Positions 25,740 to 32,000 of a stretch of 32,000 nucleotides of DNA are shown here, one piece after another. The notes beneath the pieces are model-generated. The model ran no database searches and was not told where the DNA came from. It worked only from the letters and a program-made list of their open reading frames with translations. Origin of the DNA: Telmatocola sphagniphila (GTDB lineage Bacteria; Planctomycetota; Planctomycetia; Gemmatales; Gemmataceae); assembly GCF_018398935.1 (NCBI RefSeq), contig NZ_CP074694.1:2040001-2072000 (forward strand), written 5' to 3'. The position numbers and the translations under genes are program-made. Within the stretch, counting starts at the first letter, position 1; each line of letters starts with the position of its first letter.

Positions 25740-26870
25740 ATGAAAACCCTCGTTCCCGACTGCGCGGCCCTGCAGGCCCATTTCGCTTTGCTCCGTTCGG
25801 AATTGGCTTCTGGCCTGATCGAACGCGACGAAGAAATCGATCTCTGCCTCACCGCCCTGATCGCCCAAGAGCATCTGCTCTTGGTCTCGCCTCCGGGCTG
25901 TGCCAAATCGCTGCTGCTCGATTCCCTCCTGAAAGCCACCGGCGGCTCCAAGTTCTCGATCCTGTTAACCAAGTTCACCGTCCCCGAAGAGGTCTTCGGT
26001 CCCATATCCATACAGGGACTGAAGGAAGACCGCTTCCAGAGGATCACCACGAGTAAACTGCCCGAAGCCGACTTCGCCTTCATCGATGAAGTCTTCAAGG
26101 CTTCCTCGGCGATCCTGAATACCCTTCTGAAGATTCTCAATGAACGGACCTTCGATGCCGGCGAAGGTTCTTTACGCAAAGTCCCCCTCAAGCTTTGCGT
26201 CGCGGCTTCCAACGAATGGCCGGCTCCGGAGAGTGCTCAGGAACTTGCCGCGCTGTTCGACCGCTTCACTCTGCGCAAGAGTTTATCCCCGATTCGCTCG
26301 CAGGCGGGTCGGAAGAAGCTGCTCTGGAATCGGGAGCATACTCCCAAGGTCTCCGTGCACTTGAAACCGAGCGATCTGGAAGCCGCCCGCCGCTATGCCC
26401 GAGAATTGCCCTGGTCGATTCCGGCTCAGGAAGCCTTTGAAACCATTCTCAAAGACCTGGCTAAAGAAGGCGTTCAGCCGGGCGATCGCCGCCAGTTCAA
26501 GGCGGTCGGCATCGTGCAGGCGTATGCCTTTTTGCAGGGGGCCGAGCAGGTCGAACCGGAACATCTGGAAGTAGCCGCGCATGTTCTTTGGGACGATCCG
26601 AAAGAACAGCCCGCCAAGGTCGCTCAAGTGATTGCCCGCATCGCCAATCCCATCGGCATGCGGTTGAATCAGCTTCTGTTAGAAGTCGAGCAGGTTCTCT
26701 CCTCGACCGATGTCCGCAAGCTGCCCGAGACGGCCAAAGCCGCCGCCAAGCTCGGCGAGATCGACAAGCAGCTGAGTGAATTGAAGTCCAATGACCGGGT
26801 CACCCGAACCCGGAACTACGTTCGCGAACAGCTCCGACAACTCAAACTCGCCTCGCTGGAGGCGATCTAA
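25740..26870 (+). CDS. RavA/MoxR-like AAA+ ATPase
   Basis: Walker A-like [26 protein letters not shown], Walker [26 protein letters not shown]. These are colinear with E. coli RavA: GPPGIAKS / TRFSTPEEVFGPLSIQAL / [25 protein letters not shown]. Confidence 0.9.
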   Translation: MKTLVPDCAALQAHFALLRSELASGLIERDEEIDLCLTALIAQEHLLLVSPPGCAKSLLLDSLLKATGGSKFSILLTKFTVPEEVFGPISIQGLKEDRFQRITTSKLPEADFAFIDEVFKASSAILNTLLKILNERTFDAGEGSLRKVPLKLCVAASNEWPAPESAQELAALFDRFTLRKSLSPIRSQAGRKKLLWNREHTPKVSVHLKPSDLEAARRYARELPWSIPAQEAFETILKDLAKEGVQPGDRRQFKAVGIVQAYAFLQGAEQVEPEHLEVAAHVLWDDPKEQPAKVAQVIARIANPIGMRLNQLLLEVEQVLSSTDVRKLPETAKAAAKLGEIDKQLSELKSNDRVTRTRNYVREQLRQLKLASLEAI

Positions 26871-26886
26871 CCTCTAGGAAAAAACC

Positions 26887-28257
26887 ATGAATGCCGAAGA
26901 ACTCCGTAAACTCTTCGATCTCGATCGCCCGTTACCGCCAACAGCTTCTAATGCCGAAACTTCTTCCCCTTTCCATTCCGCTCCGTCTCCCTCTGCTCCT
27001 TCCGCGAATCCAACCGCACTGCAGGTCGATCCCTGGGGGCTGCGTCGGGGCAGCGATCTGCTGCGGGATTCTCCCCGCTTGCAAACGTTCGCCTTGGACG
27101 AGTACGCCATCGCGGATTTTCACACGGCGGCTTTTGAACCGGAACCGCAGCTGTTGGAGGATTGCCAGGATCCGGCCCGCCGGGCTTTCCTGGTCGAGCT
27201 GTTCCAGACCCCGGAGTACCAAGCGTTGCACGCCGGGACCCGTTTGGATGAAGTGTCCTCCGAGATTGCCACCCTGCACTTCGCTGAACAGTTCGCTGCT
27301 CTGCGGAATGCTTCTGCCACGGCCGAACCCGAGATCGCCACCTTAAAAGCGGTCAGCCGGGCGGTGCTGGCCGCTCGGGAAGAGGTCGACCAGTGCCGGG
27401 AAGCGATTACTGCTCTCGGCGGCGGGCTCGGTCCGGGAACGCCGGGCTCCGTCGATCCTAAGGCGATCGCTCAACTGTTTCAGCGGGTCCGTCAGGACCC
27501 CACGTTGCGAAGGATCTGCGAACTGGCCGGTCGTTATCGGCGACTGGCCCAGTCGAGCCAGCGTCGCAAATGTGCGCACGGTCAGGACGACTTGGTCGGA
27601 GTGACTACCTCCGGTGATTTGGCCCAACTGCTGCCGCACGAGTTGGTCCGCTTGGGAATTCAAGAGTTGGAACTGGATACCCTGCGGCGTCTGGCCGAAA
27701 GGCAGTGCCTGGCCCGGGACTACCAGTCCTTGGAACCGGTGGGCAAAGGGCCGATCGTGGTGGTCATCGATGAATCGGGATCGATGGCTGGGGATAAAGT
27801 GCAAACGGCCAAAGCTCTGGCTTTGGCCTTAGCCTGGATCGCCCGGCAGCAGCGTCGCTGGTGTGGTTTGATCGCCTATTCGGGCGATACCGGCGAACGG
27901 CTGTTGTCTTTGCCGCCGTCCCGCTGGGACGAATCGGAAGTGCTCGACTGGCTGGGAGCCTTCCTGGGCGGTGGTTCGACCTTGGATGTTCCGATTGTCG
28001 AACTGCCCTGGATGGTGGAACAGCTCTGGGCTCCGGCGGGCATTACCGATGTCTTGATCCTGACCGATGCCATCTGCTCGATTCCTCTGGAACTGCAGCA
28101 GAAGTTCCTGGCCTGGAAGCGCTCGGTTTCGGCGCGGGTGATTTCGTTGGTCTTAGCCGAGACCGCGGGTGACCTGGCGGCGCTAAGCGATGAAGTCCAT
28201 CTGGTCCAGTCGCTCGAAGTCACCGAGACCGCCCTCGGTTCTGTACTGTCGATCTAA
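26887..28257 (+). CDS. vWA-domain protein (ViaA/CoxE-like partner of the ATPase)
   Basis: MIDAS-type core GPIVVVIDESGSMAGDKVQTAKALALALAWIA ... LIAYSGD ... GGGSTLDVP ... VLILTDA in the C-terminal half. Starts 16 nt after the ATPase stop, with its own SD. Confidence 0.85.
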   Translation: MNAEELRKLFDLDRPLPPTASNAETSSPFHSAPSPSAPSANPTALQVDPWGLRRGSDLLRDSPRLQTFALDEYAIADFHTAAFEPEPQLLEDCQDPARRAFLVELFQTPEYQALHAGTRLDEVSSEIATLHFAEQFAALRNASATAEPEIATLKAVSRAVLAAREEVDQCREAITALGGGLGPGTPGSVDPKAIAQLFQRVRQDPTLRRICELAGRYRRLAQSSQRRKCAHGQDDLVGVTTSGDLAQLLPHELVRLGIQELELDTLRRLAERQCLARDYQSLEPVGKGPIVVVIDESGSMAGDKVQTAKALALALAWIARQQRRWCGLIAYSGDTGERLLSLPPSRWDESEVLDWLGAFLGGGSTLDVPIVELPWMVEQLWAPAGITDVLILTDAICSIPLELQQKFLAWKRSVSARVISLVLAETAGDLAALSDEVHLVQSLEVTETALGSVLSI

Positions 28258-28281
28258 TCCGGCTTTTTCATTTGTTGTGAA

Positions 28282-28326
28282 AGCCTGCGGATCTTCTTTT
28301 GAGAAAGGTTCCGCAGGCTTTTTTCT
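28282..28326 (+). terminator. intrinsic-terminator-like hairpin inside the operon (after the vWA gene)
   Basis: AAGCCTGCGGA (28282-28292) pairs with TCCGCAGGCTT (28310-28320), followed by TTTTTCTGTTT. Confidence 0.6.
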
Positions 28327-28362
28327 GTTTATTTCTCAGTCTTGAAGTGAAAGGAACTCTCT

Positions 28363-29241
28363 ATGAGTGCTTTGATCAAAACCAACCACTTGCCTAAGGT
28401 GACCCCGGGTGTTCGCCTATTGGGTGAGATCATCACCTGGACCGCATCCGGGGCCAGCGTCCGGCACAGTGACTTGATCCGAGCCCTGAAGGAAGTCGGA
28501 CTCGATGAAAGCGTGGCCCGGGAGCTGGCGCCCCGGCACGCTTTTGCCCGGGCCTGTCGCAAGCTGTCGGAAGCCCGAATTATTCGGCAGATTGCCGAAG
28601 ATGAAGTCTCGATTCAATTCCAGTTCACCCAGGAATCGAAACAGGGGGACCGCTTCAGCTACGACTTCGAAACTCTTCTGACGCTGACCAAGAAGACCGG
28701 GCAGGTGCACTGCGACAAACGGGAACTGGCTCTGCTAGCTCAGGAAGAGCTGGATCGCTGCATTGCCGTGCGGACCGGCAGCGATATTACCCGGATTGTG
28801 CAAAAGCTCTTCGAACGGGAAGCCGATCTTTTCCCGATTCGACCCCAGGGCGGAGCCTACTTCGTGCCGCAGCTGCATGCCGGCTTCATCGATCGGGTGC
28901 AGAGCTTGTTGAAGCAGCTGAATGGTCAGATGCTGCGCTTCCCGGTGCCGGAAGGAACCGCCAGCGGCGATGTCTCAGTGAAAGAAGCAGTCGCCTCGGG
29001 ATTAGCGTCTTTGATTGCCGAACACGAGGAAGCGATCGAATCGTTTGGCGAAGACACCCGGCCCGATACGGTGGAGCGAGCCGCCGAGCGAATTCGCAAC
29101 ACCAAGTTCAAAGTCGAAGCCTACGCCGCGTTGCTGGCCGATCAAAAGCATCAGTTGGAACTCTCTCTGGCTACGGCCTCCCGAAAGCTCCGTCAGAAAG
29201 TTGAAAGTCTGGCCGCCGAGCGGGAAGCGGTGCTGGTCTAG
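28363..29241 (+). CDS. hypothetical protein (292 aa), no family recognised
   Basis: Uninterrupted ORF with an SD, and composition like its neighbours. Features: IRPQGGAYFVP motif mid-protein, and an acidic/helical C-terminal third ending in coiled-coil-like KHQLELSLATASRKLRQKVESLAAE. Confidence 0.75.
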   Translation: MSALIKTNHLPKVTPGVRLLGEIITWTASGASVRHSDLIRALKEVGLDESVARELAPRHAFARACRKLSEARIIRQIAEDEVSIQFQFTQESKQGDRFSYDFETLLTLTKKTGQVHCDKRELALLAQEELDRCIAVRTGSDITRIVQKLFEREADLFPIRPQGGAYFVPQLHAGFIDRVQSLLKQLNGQMLRFPVPEGTASGDVSVKEAVASGLASLIAEHEEAIESFGEDTRPDTVERAAERIRNTKFKVEAYAALLADQKHQLELSLATASRKLRQKVESLAAEREAVLV

Positions 29242-29337
29242 TTCGACTGGCTTTTCAATTGATTCGCAGTTCTGCTGATTCGCCCTTTGCCCACCTACTC
29301 GCCCTTTCACTCCAACACGATTTACCGGGAGAAAACC

Positions 29338-30684
29338 ATGATTCATTTGCAGCGTCGGCAAGTCCGGCAGTTACGCAGCCTATTCAAGAAATTGGGAGCG
29401 ACCCGCTGCCCAGCTCCGACTAGCCTCTTGCTCCAGACCGATCCGAGCGGACTTACGATTCAGGGCTCGGTCGGCGAAGTCACGGCGATTTACCGTCTGC
29501 CGGGCTCCTTTGCCGAAGAACAGATGACCATTCCTTTTGCCGTGTTCAATGATACCGCCGGCTCGGACGACAGCGTCGTCGAGATTGTGGCCCTGGTCCA
29601 TCAGAAGTTGCGGGTGGCTTGGAGTTCGGGCCCGATGCCGCAGGTTCGCGAGTACGAGATTCTCGCCAGCGTCGAAAGCTTGCCTTTACCCGATGTCTGG
29701 ACGCCGATGGACCTGCGTCTGCGGGAAGCATTAGCCGAGGCGATGAAGACGGCTAGCCCCGAAGCGACGCGGTACGCCGCCAATTACATCCAGTTGCGCG
29801 GCCGAACGGGCGAGGTCATCGGTACCGACTCCAGGCAACTGTTCATCGAATCGGGATTCGCTTTTCCTTGGGACGATGAGGTCTTGATCCCCCGGTCTGG
29901 ACTCTTCGCTGCGGAAGAACTCTCGGCGGACAGACTGGAAATCGCTCGTACAAAAACGCACCTCTGGTTCCGCTTGGGGTCTTGGATGATCGCCTTGCTA
30001 ATCGCCTCGGAAGCCCGTTATCCCGAAGTCCATCGAGCGATTCCTGCCTCTTTGGAAGCGACGCGCTGGAGGATAGACCCGGGAGAATCGCACGGGTTGG
30101 CTCAGTGCTTGAAGCAGTTGCCGGGCGAGAAAGATCCGCATCGACCGGTGACGGTGGAACTCAACGGTCACGTTGCGATTCGGGCTCGAGGAACCGAAAG
30201 TCTGCAAACGACCGAAGTTCACCTCAATCGCTCTCAGGTGGAAGGGAATCCGATGAGTCTCGCCTTGGATCGAGCTTACCTGCAGCGAGCCTTGCAGTTG
30301 GGTTTTTCGGAGTTCCAGATCGTTCATCCCGATAAACCGATAGTCTGCCAGCAGGGCAGCCGAAGGTTCGTCTGCATGCCGCTGGGTAAAACCTCGGTGA
30401 TCGCGGCTTGTCCAGAGGCCTTGCAGGTGGAGTTGGGAGAGACTGCCCGAGCGATGAGCGGCAAAAATACTTCGACGAGAATACGAGATCGGGCCAGGAA
30501 CTTCAGTTCGGCGATTCTGGCCGGTCTTCTGGAAGAAGCGAACTCCCTGCAATCGGTAGTTCAAGCCCTGCTGGAGCGATTGACCTATTTAAGCGAAGAG
30601 CTCCATCGGTTGCTTCCTCGCCGGAAATCGGAGCGCATCGGTGTAAATACTCCGTCCGAAGCCATGATCGATCCATTTCTTTAA
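29338..30684 (+). CDS. divergent DNA sliding-clamp (DnaN-fold)-like protein with a C-terminal helical extension (448 aa)
   Basis: ATG at 29338 is preceded by GGGAGAAAACC. TRYAANYIQLRGRTGEVIGTDSRQLFIE..DDEVLIPRSGLF, EARYPEVHRAIP, LALDRAYLQRALQLG and RRFVCMPL line up in order with the DnaN blocks TRYYLNGMLFETEGEELRTVATDGHRLAV..SVIVPRKGV, GRFPDYRRVLP, IGFNVSYVLDVLNAL and YVVMPMRL. Confidence 0.7.
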   Translation: MIHLQRRQVRQLRSLFKKLGATRCPAPTSLLLQTDPSGLTIQGSVGEVTAIYRLPGSFAEEQMTIPFAVFNDTAGSDDSVVEIVALVHQKLRVAWSSGPMPQVREYEILASVESLPLPDVWTPMDLRLREALAEAMKTASPEATRYAANYIQLRGRTGEVIGTDSRQLFIESGFAFPWDDEVLIPRSGLFAAEELSADRLEIARTKTHLWFRLGSWMIALLIASEARYPEVHRAIPASLEATRWRIDPGESHGLAQCLKQLPGEKDPHRPVTVELNGHVAIRARGTESLQTTEVHLNRSQVEGNPMSLALDRAYLQRALQLGFSEFQIVHPDKPIVCQQGSRRFVCMPLGKTSVIAACPEALQVELGETARAMSGKNTSTRIRDRARNFSSAILAGLLEEANSLQSVVQALLERLTYLSEELHRLLPRRKSERIGVNTPSEAMIDPFL

Positions 30685-30734
30685 CCGTTCGAAACTTCGA
30701 TTCTTTTTCATTCCAACCCTATCGGAGAAAATGC

Positions 30735-30890
30735 ATGAGTGCGAAGCACAAATTGAATGCGGCCTATATGTCGGGCTCGTTTCTGATAGCGATCTTAGTC
30801 GGAGCTTTCTTTCAATCGACGGCGATTGTCCTGGGTACGCTGGCCTTCTTGCTCTTCATGGATTTCGTTGCGGGCAATATCCGCAAATAG
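30735..30890 (+). CDS. small hydrophobic membrane protein (51 aa)
   Basis: ATG at 30735 with GGAG about 8 nt upstream. SGSFLIAILVGAFFQSTAIVLGTLAFLLFMDFVAG is almost entirely hydrophobic. A strong terminator follows directly. Confidence 0.6.
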   Translation: MSAKHKLNAAYMSGSFLIAILVGAFFQSTAIVLGTLAFLLFMDFVAGNIRK

Positions 30891-30896
30891 TCCCCG

Positions 30897-30945
30897 CCTC
30901 CCGCGTTCCGAAGAGTGTTCAGGAACGCGGGAGGTATATTTCGAT
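30897..30945 (+). terminator. intrinsic terminator closing the operon
   Basis: 13-bp perfect GC-rich stem: CCTCCCGCGTTCC (30897-30909) pairs with GGAACGCGGGAGG (30922-30934). 12-nt loop, then TATATTTCGATT. Confidence 0.75.
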
Positions 30946-31418
30946 TCAACAAAAACAAAGAGACTCCTTGCTTTAGCTATCAGCGATCCTCGGATGGACT
31001 GCGGATTTAATCCGGAACAACCGAGTGTTCAGCGGACGGTCGCCGGTTCGAGTCCAATTCGGGGAGCTTTTCACTTTTCAGCGAAAAATGGTCGAAGAAC
31101 GAGTTAACGGAACCGTATTTTTTCTCTCCCCCAAGTTAGCCGGTTTTCCCAGTGGTTTTTTCAGATTTTCGCACTTTATTCAATTCTCCATTTCGAAAAC
31201 TGAAATTCAGGTACCAGGCAAGAACCGTCGGTTTCGTTTCGCACCCTTCAAGTTTTTTGCGGAAACTCTCAAAGCCTCTTTTTTACGCTGCAATCCAGTT
31301 AACGCGTGCATGTTACTCCCTTGAAGACCCCTTCAGCTTTTCTGTTTGGCTACTGTCCAAAAAAAACGTTACAATTTCTATGCCGATAGAACCCCACAAT
31401 CGATGGACGAAGTTCGAA

Positions 31419-32000
31419 ATGTCAGACATCGACGAAACCGCTCCGCACTTCGAAAAAAGCAATCCCCAGCCAGCCGACACTAATCAACTTCCCCAATTGA
31501 TTGGTCGTTACCGCGTTCAAAAAGTCCTCGGAAAAGGAGGCTTCGGCGTCGTCTACCTAGCCATGGACGAGCAACTTCAACGGTCCGTTGCGATCAAGGT
31601 TCCGCACAAAGAGCGGATCAGCAGTTCCGAGGACGCTGCTGCCTATCTGGCGGAAGCACGAACGGTAGCCAATCTCGATCATCCAAATATCGTTCCCGTA
31701 CATGATGTGGGCAGCACCGACGACTGCCCCGTTTTTATCGTCTCGAAATACATCGACGGGACCGACCTCGCCGCACGGCTCAAGCAGACCCGTCTGTCAC
31801 AGCACGAGGTGGTCGAACTGGTGGCGGCAGTGGCCGAGGCACTTTATTTCGCTCACAAGCAAGGTCTGGTTCATCGGGACATCAAGCCCGGCAACCTGCT
31901 CCTCGACAAGGGCGGCAAGCCGTTCGTGGCCGACTTCGGGCTGGCCCTGCGGGAGCGGGAAGTGGACAAGGGGCCACGCTACGCCGGGACGCCCGCGTAC
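31419..32000 (+). CDS. Ser/Thr protein kinase, N-terminal 194 aa (runs off the window)
   Basis: Open frame from ATG 31419 to the window end; not in the ORF track because it has no stop. Motifs: GKGGFGVVYLA, VAIKV, HRDIKPGNLLL, DFGLA, GTPAY. Confidence 0.85.
   Translation, partial: MSDIDETAPHFEKSNPQPADTNQLPQLIGRYRVQKVLGKGGFGVVYLAMDEQLQRSVAIKVPHKERISSSEDAAAYLAEARTVANLDHPNIVPVHDVGSTDDCPVFIVSKYIDGTDLAARLKQTRLSQHEVVELVAAVAEALYFAHKQGLVHRDIKPGNLLLDKGGKPFVADFGLALREREVDKGPRYAGTPAY

Noticed and set aside
25709-26212. 167-aa minus-strand ORF, plus similar antisense or out-of-frame ORFs across the operon (26283..26627 -, 27343..27804 -, 29998..30564 -, 26891..27346 +)
   Set aside because: They are antisense to, or out of frame with, well-supported ATPase, vWA and clamp-like genes. 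They have low-complexity translations and no RBS.
30975-31070. Possible intact tRNA gene (T-loop GGTTCGAGTCC, candidate anticodon loop ATTTAAT giving anticodon TTA)
   Set aside because: The T-stem cannot close (GCCGG vs CCAAT). No acceptor stem can be paired, the D-arm is too short, and the anticodon stem has a G-G mismatch. I report it only as a possible scar.
1-32000. CRISPR arrays, rRNA genes, integrase/recombinase genes
   Set aside because: I saw no regularly spaced direct repeats, no rRNA-like conserved blocks, and no tyrosine or serine recombinase motifs in any listed ORF.

Overview
Mosaic, IS-riddled accessory region, probably from a planctomycete. That origin is an inference from a PSCyt-type cytochrome c protein, an ECF sigma / Ser-Thr kinase-WD40 pair and a GYF_2 membrane protein.

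Left third (1-14.6 kb): a graveyard.
- two identical, inverted ISAs1-family copies
- one ISL3-family element
- one complete and one truncated IS66-family element
- a secreted-protein gene interrupted twice by IS
- terminase-like and HsdM-like fragments
- a decayed paralog of an AAA+ ATPase gene

Middle (14.9-23.4 kb): a histidine kinase with no recognisable sensor domain, a back-to-back ECF sigma + 1190-aa kinase/WD40 pair, a beta-lactamase-family hydrolase and a GYF_2 protein.

Right third (23.5-31 kb): a C-protein-like XRE regulator and a 1.3-kb low-GC spacer, followed by a tight plus-strand operon closed by a strong terminator. The operon encodes two small ORFs, a RavA/MoxR-like AAA+ ATPase, a vWA protein, a 292-aa unknown, a highly divergent DNA sliding-clamp (DnaN-like) homolog and a 51-aa membrane protein. 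It is the best candidate here for an undescribed system.

The window ends inside a second Ser/Thr kinase gene. I saw no rRNA, intact tRNA or CRISPR array. All homology statements come from reading motifs by eye, not from database searches.
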